Source of the DNA: Terriglobia bacterium
Lineage (GTDB): Bacteria > Acidobacteriota > Terriglobia > Bryobacterales > Bryobacteraceae
Direction of reading: 5' to 3'
Assembly (NCBI GenBank): GCA_963849535.1
Contig: CAWKHJ010000004.1
Coordinates: forward strand, 195,977-259,976
Length of the DNA stretch: 64,000 nucleotides
Shown here one piece after another: positions 1-8,888 of this stretch. The translations under genes were made by a program, and so were the position numbers. The notes under the pieces are model-generated. The model ran no database searches. It saw nothing but the letters and a program-made list of their open reading frames with translations, and was not told where the DNA came from. Position 1 is the first letter of the stretch. Each line of letters opens with the position of its first letter.

Positions 1-379
1 AGTTCAGCACGTCGGAACTCAGCGTAAACCCCGCTGAGCGTAGCCGGTTTAAGTCGGTTTCGCCCGACCCATCCCAAGTGACGGTCACGCGGAAATTCTT
101 AGGCACGCTGCGAACAGGCGCCGGGTAGAATCCCTGGTTGTTCGTTGCATGCCGCTTTTTGAAGAGCAGCTTTCCCGCGCTATCGTACACCGCGACGTCG
201 GCGTTAACGAGCGGGATGTCAACGAAGGCGCTGACTGGAATCCAGGCGTTACGACCCATTGATGCTGATTCGTCATTGTCCGGCACAGGAGAGTTCTGTG
301 CGTTAGAACTCACGGCCAAACTCCCAAGCGTCAGCATGAGTACGATGCTGCGCAACTGTTTAAGCTTTAGCTTCTCCAC
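1..379 (-). CDS. hypothetical secreted protein, N-terminal part (gene continues past window start)
   Basis: The minus-strand frame is open from GTG at 379 to position 1, with AAGGAG 7 nt upstream. The N-terminus VEKLKLKQLRSIVLMLTLGSLAVSSNAQ looks like a signal peptide. It is absent from the ORF track because there is no stop inside the window. Confidence 0.45.
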   Translation of the reverse strand, partial: MEKLKLKQLRSIVLMLTLGSLAVSSNAQNSPVPDNDESASMGRNAWIPVSAFVDIPLVNADVAVYDSAGKLLFKKRHATNNQGFYPAPVRSVPKNFRVTVTWDGSGETDLNRLRSAGFTLSSDVLN

Positions 380-400
380 TACGAGTGCTCCTTGCCTTCC

Positions 401-458
401 TACGCAACATCGGGAGTCAAAAACCGTAACCAGCATTCAACTTTTTCTGGGAAGTAGG
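401..458 (-). promoter_or_regulatory. conserved ~58-nt upstream element, copy A
   Basis: Minus-strand reading is AGAAAAAGTTGAATGCTGGTTACGGTTTTTGACTCCCGATGTTGCGTA. It ends 21 nt before the GTG at 379 and aligns with the copies at 1123 and 3307. Confidence 0.4.
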
Positions 459-530
459 CGGTGCGTTTCACACACTTTTCGGCGTATCCCAAAGCCTCAG
501 GGCCACGACAGTGGGGCAGAGACGATCGTT

Positions 531-899
531 TTATGTCGTCTGCCTAGAACGCGCGCTAGACCAAGGGCACTGTTCTGGGGCCTGCACGAAGCCGGCCTTT
601 ACGGGATTGGTCTCGACGTATTCAATCAGCTGCCGCAGTTCACCGTTGGACCTGATCCAGTGATTAAACGACTCATCTTGACAGAAAGGGGCTGACGGTT
701 CGGCCAAGCAGGCGATTCGCTGTGCGAGCCGTTCGGCCTGTTCGCGCAGGAGCCATGGGCGCCACACGCGTGCGGGGAACACACCCTGGCGGTTCGTCGC
801 CGCCTTCGCATCGACTAGCAGGGGACCGTGAGGGCCCACCGTGACGCGCACATCCGCTCCCACAACTGGAGCGTCGGTGAACGCATAATGCTCAGCCAC
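531..899 (-). CDS. IS200-like/RayT-type Y1 transposase family protein, N-terminally degenerate (probably inactive relic)
   Basis: The C-terminal half carries the family signature FCQDESFNHWIRSNGELRQLIEYVETNPVKAGFVQAPEQCPWSS. Where an HUH motif (HVHxL) is expected it reads DVRVTV, and about 60 N-terminal residues are missing. Confidence 0.55.
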   Translation of the reverse strand: MAEHYAFTDAPVVGADVRVTVGPHGPLLVDAKAATNRQGVFPARVWRPWLLREQAERLAQRIACLAEPSAPFCQDESFNHWIRSNGELRQLIEYVETNPVKAGFVQAPEQCPWSSARSRQTT

Positions 900-904
900 A
901 TGGG

Positions 905-1044
905 CTGATGTCTCCTGTGTTCTAGACTCTCTACCGGCGCCTGCCCGTTCTCCTGGGCGCTAGCCCCTGCAGGCATGAACAGCCCGAGCAGGAACGCTGC
1001 ACCAAAGCCACACGCCCGGTCGAGTTGAGAAAGTTTCTCTTCAT
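905..1044 (-). pseudogene. 5' remnant of a secreted-protein gene (signal peptide only, frame-shifted)
   Basis: ATG at 1044 has AAGGAGG 10 nt upstream. After MKRNF a +1 shift gives SQLDRACGFGAAFLLGLFMPAGASAQENGQ (signal-peptide-like). The reading then runs into the transposase-like gene. Confidence 0.3.
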
Positions 1045-1122
1045 ACGATCTCTAATCCTCCTTGAAGAGTTGCGACGGCCTGCATTCACTAACTCACTAT
1101 TCGTGCAGCGCCGACCTCTCAA

Positions 1123-1180
1123 TACGCAACATCAGCGGCCAAAACCCGTAACCGGAGCTCTATTTTTTTCCGAATTGGAG
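1123..1180 (-). promoter_or_regulatory. conserved ~58-nt upstream element, copy B
   Basis: Minus-strand reading is GGAAAAAAATAGAGCTCCGGTTACGGGTTTTGGCCGCTGATGTTGCGTA, 78 nt upstream of the ATG at 1044. Confidence 0.4.
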
Positions 1181-1596
1181 GCCTTCAGACGCACCCATCT
1201 TGAAACTGAGCCGGAAGGGTAAGCGCCCTAAATTGGTGGCCTGAGAAAGGCCGGTTTCAGGACCTGCGCAAAATGGATGACGAAAGCTACTGCTTCGCAA
1301 TCGGCGGCGGATTCCAAAGGCCGTTCAGCACTGCCTGGTCGGGCCAATACACGCGTAGGCGGGAGCTCTTGGAAGCAAACACCGGCCAAATTAGTGGAGG
1401 TACATCGTCGAGGCCTGGCGACAAAGGCGGAGGCGATTACAAAGAGGCGGCAAGCGATCCGGCCGTGAGGATTTGCATTCCTCAAACTGTTAAATGATCG
1501 TGCCGCCATCATCAACTGTGCGCGGATTTGCGATCCCGGAAAAAAGTTCCGCGTAGCTCTCTATATGACCGCGATCCGCCGGATCCGGCGGACCGA

Positions 1597-1625
1597 TTAA
1601 AAGGAGCTTGGCGCGAGGCGCCAAG
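1597..1625 (-). terminator. putative intrinsic terminator downstream of 1741..3183
   Basis: There is a perfect 8-bp stem CTTGGCGC-GAG-GCGCCAAG (1607-1625). On the minus strand it is followed by CTCCTTTTAA. It lies about 115 nt after the stop codon. Confidence 0.35.
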
Positions 1626-1740
1626 CCATAAAATTACGACTATTTCTCGCGAACTTCAGCGAACATCCTTTCTGACGTGCGCCTTACTCCCCAGGAGAAT
1701 TCCCGCCGAATGCCGCGTTTGATTTGGGCACCGGCTGCGA

Positions 1741-3183
1741 TTAATGAACCTTCTCAATACCCGGGGGTACGTACGTGCCATCCTGAACGCTTCCCAGTGG
1801 ACCGTAATCGCGGAGCATCACATTGAAAGGCCCAGGCGGAATGGGAAGCCAGTTAGCAGCAGGAACTCCTGGAGGGAGCTGTCTCGCCATATAAATCGAG
1901 ATAGAGCCGTCTCGATTCTTCTCCGGGTTTGTATAACTGGCGACCAGGTATTTGTTTGCCGAGTTGGGTACTAGCTCAATGGCCTCTGGAGTGTACGCTG
2001 TAAGTGACCAAAAGCGCTTGGTAGCAGGAATCTCTTGAGGCGAAAAGGTCAAAACATAGCCATTGGGATCGGTTCCATTCAACCGCGAACCGTCACGATC
2101 CTTGAAGGCGTGGAAATAAGCCGCTGCTTCATGGTCGTTTGCATACTGGATAAATTCTGTTATAGAGGACCGTTGGATGGCTAAGGAGGATCCCGGGTCG
2201 GGGTTGACGCAAAAATCATTCTGGTTGGGGCACCAATGCCCAATGTTCTCGTAAGTGATCCAGTTTGTATCGTCTGTATTGCTAAGGTACTGGTTGATAA
2301 TCAGATGGTGCGCCGCCCTCGCGCCCCTCGCAAATTCGGACCTGTTCTTCGCTGTCATGCTTGCAAACAGCGCGTTGAAAGTGGTCGATAGGGTTTGCAC
2401 CGCTTGCGACATCGTTGGGGTCTTAGGAGAGTCCACCGCCCTCTGGAGCTGCCGCAAAAAGGCGATTGGGTCCAGCGCGATCAAGTTGTCAGCGATTATC
2501 TTAAACGGTAACGCGAACTCGATTTCTGGCACAATCTTGGTTGGGCCTCCGAGAGGCACTCCGGCCGGGCAGGTATGGTCCAGATAGGCGCAGAGCGGCA
2601 TCGTGGACATTCCCCGCCTGAAGGTATCGGCTTCCGTGGTCATGTCCTGTTCAACACCGTTGACGAGCTTAAACCGATCCGCTCGGAAAATAAGGGCCAT
2701 GTAGTTGAAAGGCAATGGAACCGGAGTAACTGTGATCGGAAGATTGTTCGGGTCGAATCCGGGCCCGTAGAGCGCGTATGTTCCTGGCGTGTTAGCAGGC
2801 AGCTCGGAATGGAATATGTCGCAGTAGCGATCAAGCGTGAGCACCGAGTAGTTGACAGGCGTCGGCGGGATCGTTAGGATAACCGGCTCCATCGACAGGT
2901 CAAGAAACGAACTCGCATAGACCGTATCGTTATTGATCGCAACTACATAGTGGTATATGGGAGAGATTTTGTTGGGGCCGACCATGCGATTGGGAGTGCC
3001 AAGCGAGGTCTGATAATAGGTGAACCATAGCGGATAGAACTGTTCCACGTATCTGACAGTTGTCTCAAATACATCGCCCCTTAACTGTGCTGCCTTGGTA
3101 CTAGGCGGCGCGTCGTGTCCGCCAACATTTGCCGCCAAGAGCACTACGCCTGCCAGTAGCGGGAAAAAGTAAAGACGTTTCAT
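1741..3183 (-). CDS. DUF1254/DUF1214 domain-containing secreted protein
   Basis: 480-aa ORF with a signal peptide (MKRLYFFPLLAGVVLLAANVGG). The C-terminal ANWLPIPPGPFNVMLRDYGP resembles the DUF1214 signature. GGAG lies upstream of the ATG. Confidence 0.75.
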   Translation of the reverse strand: MKRLYFFPLLAGVVLLAANVGGHDAPPSTKAAQLRGDVFETTVRYVEQFYPLWFTYYQTSLGTPNRMVGPNKISPIYHYVVAINNDTVYASSFLDLSMEPVILTIPPTPVNYSVLTLDRYCDIFHSELPANTPGTYALYGPGFDPNNLPITVTPVPLPFNYMALIFRADRFKLVNGVEQDMTTEADTFRRGMSTMPLCAYLDHTCPAGVPLGGPTKIVPEIEFALPFKIIADNLIALDPIAFLRQLQRAVDSPKTPTMSQAVQTLSTTFNALFASMTAKNRSEFARGARAAHHLIINQYLSNTDDTNWITYENIGHWCPNQNDFCVNPDPGSSLAIQRSSITEFIQYANDHEAAAYFHAFKDRDGSRLNGTDPNGYVLTFSPQEIPATKRFWSLTAYTPEAIELVPNSANKYLVASYTNPEKNRDGSISIYMARQLPPGVPAANWLPIPPGPFNVMLRDYGPLGSVQDGTYVPPGIEKVH

Positions 3184-3306
3184 TTCAACTCCTTTATTCA
3201 GCGTTTGGGACGGTTACTCGTGCTGCGCCCAGGTAGATCTTACTCATCCTTCTGCTCCGATAACCTATAGAACCTGGTAATGGCCGAGCGCATCCTGTTC
3301 AATCAA

Positions 3307-3366
3307 TACGCAACGTCGGCCGCTAAAACCCGTAACCGGCGATTAACTTTTTTTCGGTGAGTTAGG
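3307..3366 (-). promoter_or_regulatory. conserved ~58-nt upstream element, copy C
   Basis: Minus-strand reading is CGAAAAAAAGTTAATCGCCGGTTACGGGTTTTAGCGGCCGACGTTGCGTA, 123 nt upstream of the ATG at 3183. Confidence 0.4.
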
Positions 3367-3613
3367 GAGTGAATCGCGCTGCGATCAGTTGTGCAGGTTT
3401 GCGATGACGGAAGGTTCCGGATAGCCCATCTCACCGCGATTCCGAGATTTGGCGAGAGGCGACCCACATAGATCCGTCCTGACGGCGTAAGCTTTACGAA
3501 TACGCTCAGATCCTCCCATAAACGTCAGAGTCGAACTGTAAGCCAGATACGGATCGGGATGTCCCCATGGCATCTGGAATGGATATTTCCCAGCACTCAA
3601 CGGCACGATGCAT

Positions 3614-4255
3614 CTAGCTGAGACCACGCTCTACCATGGCAACCAGCCGTTCACCCATTGCCAGCACCATCTGCGACGGCATCTCGTGCAGCGGGCCCTC
3701 AAGTACCAAAAGCGCCAGCCCGTGCACGCTTGACCACGCAAGATACTCCGCTCCTTGGCGACTTTTTCCCTGAAGCAAACCGCTTTGTTGCATTCGATCC
3801 AATGCCAGCGAAAGAAGTTGAAACGGGTTCAGGCCCATAGACGCTGTATTGGCCGGGTCGGGAGAATGGACCGGCGGTGGAACAGAGAAAGCCGTGCGAA
3901 ACATCCCGGGCTCCTTAATCGCGAATCCCAGATACGCCATGCCCACCGCACGTAGACTCTTTCTCGCAAACGCCTGCGGATCGCCTCCTGGACGGCACTT
4001 CTTTATCTCCTCTTCAATCGCCGCTGCCAGCTGCGAGATGCACGCCGACCGCACGCTGTCCAACAGCGCCGACTGATTCGCAAAATGCCGGTATGCCGCA
4101 TTGGGAGATACACCTGCCTGCCGAGTCGCCTCTCGTAGGACGACTGCATTGGGTCCTCCAACTTTGGCCATTTCAAGCCCAGCTGTTATGAGCGCGTTGC
4201 GCAGATCGCCATGGCGAAAGGTCTTACGCTTCTCAAGGGAGACGTTCTTTTTCAT
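3614..4255 (-). CDS. TetR/AcrR family transcriptional regulator
   Basis: The N-terminal HTH reads RHGDLRNALITAGLEMAKVGGPNAVVLREATRQAGVSPNAAYRHF. The start is placed at MKKN (ATG 4255) rather than the longer track ORF. Confidence 0.85.
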   Translation of the reverse strand: MKKNVSLEKRKTFRHGDLRNALITAGLEMAKVGGPNAVVLREATRQAGVSPNAAYRHFANQSALLDSVRSACISQLAAAIEEEIKKCRPGGDPQAFARKSLRAVGMAYLGFAIKEPGMFRTAFSVPPPVHSPDPANTASMGLNPFQLLSLALDRMQQSGLLQGKSRQGAEYLAWSSVHGLALLVLEGPLHEMPSQMVLAMGERLVAMVERGLS

Positions 4256-4292
4256 GGTCAGTTCAAAAAGATGTGCCATGCATATGACGATT

Positions 4293-4340
4293 GTAGACAC
4301 TATCCACATCTCAGTGATAGTATATGTGGACGGTGTCTAC
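4293..4340. promoter_or_regulatory. candidate TetR operator (long imperfect palindrome) in divergent intergenic region
   Basis: GTAGACACTATCCACAT (4293-4309) and ATGTGGACGGTGTCTAC (4324-4340) are reverse complements at 15 of 17 positions. The site sits between the TetR start (4255) and the VOC gene start (4375). Confidence 0.5.
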
Positions 4341-4374
4341 TTGATCGGACATGTCGCGAAAAGGATGGTGCAAC

Positions 4375-5154
4375 ATGGCAGACGGATTTATTTGGTACGA
4401 ACTTGTCACCGATGATATTGATAAGGCGGTCAGCTTCTACAAGAAGGTAGTCGGCTGGGACGTCAAGGACGCCGGCATGCCTGGCTTCACCTACATGATC
4501 TTCGGTAAAGACGGTAAAGACGTCGGCGGGATGATGACATGGGCTGGCGCGGGCGCGCCGGATCTTCCTACTCAGTGGATGGGGCACATCCACACCGCGA
4601 AGCTCGACGAAGAGCTGAAGGCGGTAACAGCCGATGGCGGAATCATTGTGAAGCCTGCTCAGGATATCCCCGGTGTGGGTCGCTTCGCTATAGTACTGGA
4701 CCCGCAAAAGGCGAAATACCTGCTCTTCGAACCCGGCAAACAAGAGGCTCGGCCATGCCTGGATCAAATGGCAGTGGGCAACGTGGGCTGGCATGAACTG
4801 CTCACGGATGACGCAGCGAAAGCCTTCGGTTACTACTCGAAGCACTACGGCTGGCAGAAGGACTTTGCGCACGACATGGGAGCCATGGGCACCTACCAGA
4901 CCTTTCGGACAGACAAGCCCCTCTACACCGGGGGAATGATGAACCGCAAAGGCCCCGGCATGCCCGAAGGCATTCCGCCACATTGGCAGTACTACTTCAC
5001 CGTCGATGAGATTGAAGCTGCGCAGAAACGTGTGATTGATGCTGGAGGCAAAGTGCTGCTGCCTCCGATGGACGTTCCCGGGGGCTCACGTATCCTGCAG
5101 GCCGCAGACAATCAGGACGGCCACTTTGCTCTGATGCAGGGACCAAAATCGTAA
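4375..5154 (+). CDS. VOC (glyoxalase/bleomycin-resistance/dioxygenase) family protein, two tandem domains
   Basis: An internal duplication is visible: GFIWYELVTDDIDKAVSFYKKVVGW and VGWHELLTDDAAKAFGYYSKHYGW. This is typical of two-module VOC proteins. Confidence 0.8.
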   Translation: MADGFIWYELVTDDIDKAVSFYKKVVGWDVKDAGMPGFTYMIFGKDGKDVGGMMTWAGAGAPDLPTQWMGHIHTAKLDEELKAVTADGGIIVKPAQDIPGVGRFAIVLDPQKAKYLLFEPGKQEARPCLDQMAVGNVGWHELLTDDAAKAFGYYSKHYGWQKDFAHDMGAMGTYQTFRTDKPLYTGGMMNRKGPGMPEGIPPHWQYYFTVDEIEAAQKRVIDAGGKVLLPPMDVPGGSRILQAADNQDGHFALMQGPKS

Positions 5155-5255
5155 CCGCGATGTAGTTCACGGCCTGCGAAGCCCTTTTTCATTCGAAGGA
5201 GAACAGGCCGCCGAACTTGCAGCGAAGTTTGACAAGCTGAGAGGAGAGAACAAGG

Positions 5256-5747
5256 ATGTCCGAGAAGATGATCACCTGCCTGTGGTTCGACCACGGGAAA
5301 GCCCGCGAAGCAGCCGAATTCTATGCCGCCACCTTCCCCAACAGCCACGTGGGCAAGACTAGCGCGTCACCGACAGACACGCCGTCGGGTCCCGAAGGCC
5401 AAGAGCTGATTGTTGAATTTACGGTTTGCGGGCGCAATTTCATCGGCCTCAACGGGGGTCCGAAGTTCGTGCCCAATGAAACGGTCAGCTTTGTGATCCT
5501 CACCGACGACCAGACCGAAACCGATCGACTTTGGAACGCCGTCGTCAGCAATGGCGGCGAGGAAAGCATGTGTGGCTGGTGCAAAGACCGCTGGGGTTTT
5601 TCGTGGCAGATCACTCCGCGCGCGTTGTTGACAGCGACGACGGACCCGGATCGTGCAGCCGCTAAGCGCGCGATGAATGCAATGATGACGATGCGGAAGA
5701 TTGACATCGCCGCGATCGAAGCCGCACGCGCTAGCGGGCTTGGCTGA
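5256..5747 (+). CDS. VOC family protein (PhnB / 3-demethylubiquinone-9 3-methyltransferase-domain type)
   Basis: The N-terminus ITCLWFDHGKAREAAEFYAATFPNS and the CGWCKDRWGFSWQI motif are characteristic of this family. Confidence 0.75.
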   Translation: MSEKMITCLWFDHGKAREAAEFYAATFPNSHVGKTSASPTDTPSGPEGQELIVEFTVCGRNFIGLNGGPKFVPNETVSFVILTDDQTETDRLWNAVVSNGGEESMCGWCKDRWGFSWQITPRALLTATTDPDRAAAKRAMNAMMTMRKIDIAAIEAARASGLG

Positions 5748-5777
5748 TGAGTCCGCATAAGATCGAGACCAGCTAAG

Positions 5778-6239
5778 ATGAAAGACTTTTTTCACCCAAT
5801 CCTGGTGGAGGAGACGAAGCAGCGCATTCTCCGACTGCGTCCTGAGAGCGAGCGGCAGTGGGGCAGCATGGCGGTCGCTCAAACTCTCGCCCACTGCACC
5901 GCTGGCATTAAAATGGCGATGGGTGTCATCCAGGCGAAGCGTGCACCATTTCCCGCCACCCTGCTCGGCCCGCTCATCAAGCCCTTGGTCTTCCGCGACG
6001 CCAAGCCTATGCGTCGCAACTCGCCTTCGTCGCCGGAGCTGTTGTCGGCGGATCCGACACAGTGCGAGCTAGAGCGCGAACGATCCGTGCTCATCGCAGC
6101 GATCGACAGCTTTGCAAGTCAGGGAGCCGCGTGCTGCACCGGTCACCGGCACCCTTTCTTCGGCCCACTCAAACCGGAGCAATGGGCCATTCTCATGTAC
6201 AAGCACGTCGATCATCATCTGCGACAGTTCGGCGTCTAG
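5778..6239 (+). CDS. DUF1569 (DinB-like) domain-containing protein
   Basis: 153-aa ORF ending ...WAILMYKHVDHHLRQFGV. It has the helical-bundle DinB-like pattern, recognised from memory. Confidence 0.65.
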   Translation: MKDFFHPILVEETKQRILRLRPESERQWGSMAVAQTLAHCTAGIKMAMGVIQAKRAPFPATLLGPLIKPLVFRDAKPMRRNSPSSPELLSADPTQCELERERSVLIAAIDSFASQGAACCTGHRHPFFGPLKPEQWAILMYKHVDHHLRQFGV

Positions 6240-6313
6240 CGCGACGGCGTAAGCTCACCGCACGCTGAAGTATACGAAGAGTCAGCACAGCCATATTGAG
6301 GGAGAGGATTGGG

Positions 6314-6961
6314 ATGTCAAAGGTTCGGGTAGCGGGATTTGGTGTTTCGTTGGACGGTTTCGGCGCTGGGATCGAACAGAGCTTGGAAGATCCGCTGGGG
6401 AAGCGGGGACCAGAGATGTTTCAGTGGTTCTTTCATACCAAGACATTTTGCTCCATGGTCGGGAAGGAGGGGGGAACCACAGGGGATGTAGACGATATGT
6501 TTGCTCAGCGGTCGATGGAGAACTTCGGTGCCTTCATCCTCGGCCGGAACATGTTCGGTCCGGTGCGCGGCCCATGGCCAGACGACTCATGGAAGGGCTG
6601 GTGGGGTGACGATCCGCCGTACCACGCACCTACCTTCGTTCTCACGCATTACGACCGTGAACCTCTGGTCATGGAAGGTGGAACCACCTTCCACTTTGTG
6701 ACGGGCGGATTCGAGGAGGCACTGGTCCTCGCGAGGAAGGCTGCCGGCAGCAAAGACGTCAAGATCGGAGGCGGCGTGGCTACGGTGCGGCAGTATCTGG
6801 GAGCCGGCCTGATCGACTCTCTCCACATCGTGTCGGCACCCGTTCTTCTTGGTCAGGGAGAGTCGCTGTTCGATGGTCTGGACCTTCATGCGCTGGGATT
6901 TTCCTTAACCGAACGCAAGACTTCCGAATATGCGACCCATCTTGTGTTCGAGAAAGCGTAG
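6314..6961 (+). CDS. dihydrofolate reductase family protein (RibD C-terminal domain)
   Basis: MSKVRVAGFGVSLDGFGAG... plus ...ILGRNMFGPVRGPWP...VKIGGGVATVRQYLGAGLIDSLHIVSAPVLLGQGESLF are typical of RibD_C proteins. Confidence 0.8.
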   Translation: MSKVRVAGFGVSLDGFGAGIEQSLEDPLGKRGPEMFQWFFHTKTFCSMVGKEGGTTGDVDDMFAQRSMENFGAFILGRNMFGPVRGPWPDDSWKGWWGDDPPYHAPTFVLTHYDREPLVMEGGTTFHFVTGGFEEALVLARKAAGSKDVKIGGGVATVRQYLGAGLIDSLHIVSAPVLLGQGESLFDGLDLHALGFSLTERKTSEYATHLVFEKA

Positions 6962-7265
6962 AAAGAGGGCTTCCGGCAAGGGCTTCATTTCGTCGGAGCA
7001 AGGCGCGATGGGATGCGCTCCACAAACACTAGTGGCCGAGAGTCGGCGCGGCTTTCGGTTTCCGCAGCCGGAAAGTTGACGAGAAAGGACCAAACCGGAC
7101 ACTCGACGTCCATGAGTTGTTCACCGACACGATGCCCGCCTCAGTTGGTAATGAATCGCCAATGTGCTTGCTGCCAGCCGATTGGGACCGGGAAGTCCCC
7201 TTATGGTCTGGGAGAGTAATGTAGACAGAGGTCGGGGCCCGTTGCACCTTCGAAACCGTTCGACC

Positions 7266-7658
7266 TCATTCAGGCAGTTCGGTCTGGACCGCTGCGGCAA
7301 GTCGCTTGGGGACGACCAGTATGTAGCTGTGCATTATGAGCTCTTTCACTTCATCCCAGTTGACTTCGCCGACATCCAGCCGCAGCCCGACCCACCCCTT
7401 CGAGGCAACATAAGCGGGCATGTAGAATCTCGCTGGATCGGATGCGACTAGAGCCTTGTTATCACCGGGCAACACCTTGCAGGTGACTCCGACCATGCCG
7501 TCGCCGTGATGATCGTCCAGGAAGTATGAGAACGTCTTCTTACGAATATAAAATCCTGCGTGCCGTCCGATCAGCTCGCGAGTGGCCTCAGGCATCGCTA
7601 GGCAAAGGCCCGTCAGCTTCCTGAGCCGCCAGTCTTCCTTTGCAGTAGCGTTCCTCAT
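7266..7658 (-). CDS. MmcQ/YjbR family DNA-binding protein
   Basis: 130 aa with ...FYIRKKTFSYFLDDHHGDGMVGVTCK...FYMPAYVASKGWVGLRLD..VNWDEVKELI, the YjbR-like pattern. Confidence 0.7.
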   Translation of the reverse strand: MRNATAKEDWRLRKLTGLCLAMPEATRELIGRHAGFYIRKKTFSYFLDDHHGDGMVGVTCKVLPGDNKALVASDPARFYMPAYVASKGWVGLRLDVGEVNWDEVKELIMHSYILVVPKRLAAAVQTELPE

Positions 7659-7896
7659 CCGTGCATATCATTATGGACCTGTTTCACACAGCTATCCCGG
7701 AGTTGCCCAGCGTCGCGGAGTAGCCGTAAGCAGTGTCATTTAGATACGGAACGACAAGTCCGCTTCAGTCAGGCCACATTCGGTTGGTGGCGCGATATCG
7801 GCCTGAATAAATGAGCGCCCGAACTGCTCGGATCCGGCGATGCCACAGGCAGTCTTCCTCCAGGTGCTATAGTTTTATCCGTCGCTACGCGGGATC

Positions 7897-8772
7897 ATGC
7901 ACACGATGAATCGCAGAATGTTTCTCATGGGAGGGGCGGCTGCTTCGGCTCTCCTCACCGGCACGCAATATCTATCCGCCAATCCGCTTGGCCTGCCGAT
8001 CGGGTGCCAGACCTATCCTGTGCGCAAGTCGATCAGTACAGACTTCGCGGGCACCATGAAGGGATTGCGTGCAGCAGGGTTCACTCAGATTGAATTGTGC
8101 TCGCCATACGGCTACGCCGATTTTTCGAGCCTCCAGAAATACAAGCCGCAGGAGTTACGGCGCATGCTGAACGACTGGGGACTGGGCTGCATCTCCGCGC
8201 ACTGGGCGCCGACCGAGCTCTTTCAAAAGGCGGACGAGAGCATCGCGTATGCGAAGGAGTTCGGCATGACGCAGATGGCAATCGCCGCGCTTGGACCGTT
8301 CGATTCTAAGGGCACCGAGACAGTCGACGACGTGAAACGTTACGTGGATCCCTTCAACGCCTTCGCCGAAAAGGCGCACGCGGCGGGCATCGCGGCATTG
8401 CTGCACAATGAGGGCTTCGTCTCCGAGTATATCGACGGCAAACCGGTTTACGACATGATGATTGCCGAGCTCAATCCCGCCACTACCAAGCTGCAGTTTC
8501 AGGTCTCTGCCTGGCAGAAGGGCTACGACCCAGTGACCTACTTCCACAAGTATCCGGGCCGCTTCCTCTCGATGCACTGCCAGGACTGGGTGAAGGACCC
8601 CTCGACCAAGTCTGGTTTCCGCGAGGTTCCGCTGGGGAAGGGCGTGGTGGATTGGAAGGCCGTGTTTACAGCTGCAAGAACAGGCGGCGTGAAGAACTAC
8701 TTCGTCGAGCTTGAAGAGGATCCGGCGCTGATGCCGCCGAGCGTGCCTTACCTGAAGTCCCTGAACGTGTGA
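7897..8772 (+). CDS. sugar phosphate isomerase/epimerase (xylose isomerase-like TIM barrel), Tat-signal
   Basis: The N-terminus has a twin-arginine-like leader (MNRRMFLMGGAAASALL). The body has TIM-barrel AP-endonuclease-2-like features (FTQIELCSPYG..., LLHNEGF). Confidence 0.75.
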   Translation: MHTMNRRMFLMGGAAASALLTGTQYLSANPLGLPIGCQTYPVRKSISTDFAGTMKGLRAAGFTQIELCSPYGYADFSSLQKYKPQELRRMLNDWGLGCISAHWAPTELFQKADESIAYAKEFGMTQMAIAALGPFDSKGTETVDDVKRYVDPFNAFAEKAHAAGIAALLHNEGFVSEYIDGKPVYDMMIAELNPATTKLQFQVSAWQKGYDPVTYFHKYPGRFLSMHCQDWVKDPSTKSGFREVPLGKGVVDWKAVFTAARTGGVKNYFVELEEDPALMPPSVPYLKSLNV

Positions 8773-8888
8773 AGCGTACTCTGTCGAGCGGAAGCCGTCG
8801 TTTACGGTGACATAAGCGCGCGCATTTGCGGCGAAGGCCGTGCGACGCCACATTCGGGAGTCCGTACCGGGCAGAAGCTTGCTTGCGC

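Noticed and set aside
1228-1515. ORFs of 63-95 codons on both strands in the 1.2-1.7 kb intergenic region.
   Set aside because: They overlap one another, are basic and low-complexity, and have no RBS or motifs. The region also contains a 16-bp perfect palindrome CCGCCGGATCCGGCGG (1576-1591) and the terminator-like hairpin, which fits non-coding DNA.
401-3366. Reading the conserved upstream element as a sigma-54 promoter (TGGC-N-TTGC) or as a rho-independent terminator (T-tract on the plus strand).
   Set aside because: The -24 GG is present only in copy B, and the GG-to-GC spacing is one nt too long. No conserved stem precedes the T-tract in any copy, and the adjacent genes are on the minus strand.
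8155-8853. Long antisense or alternative-frame ORFs in the track. Examples are 8155..8853(-), 4300..4983(-), 21982..22983(+), 24361..25101(+), 30124..31047(+), 31358..32155(-), 39565..40056(-), 48214..48936(-), 51348..51959(-) and 59493..59963(-).
   Set aside because: Each lies entirely within a better-supported gene, either on the opposite strand or in another frame of the same strand. Their translations are Arg/Ala/Gly/Pro-rich and low-complexity, as expected for shadow ORFs in GC-rich DNA. None has recognisable motifs.
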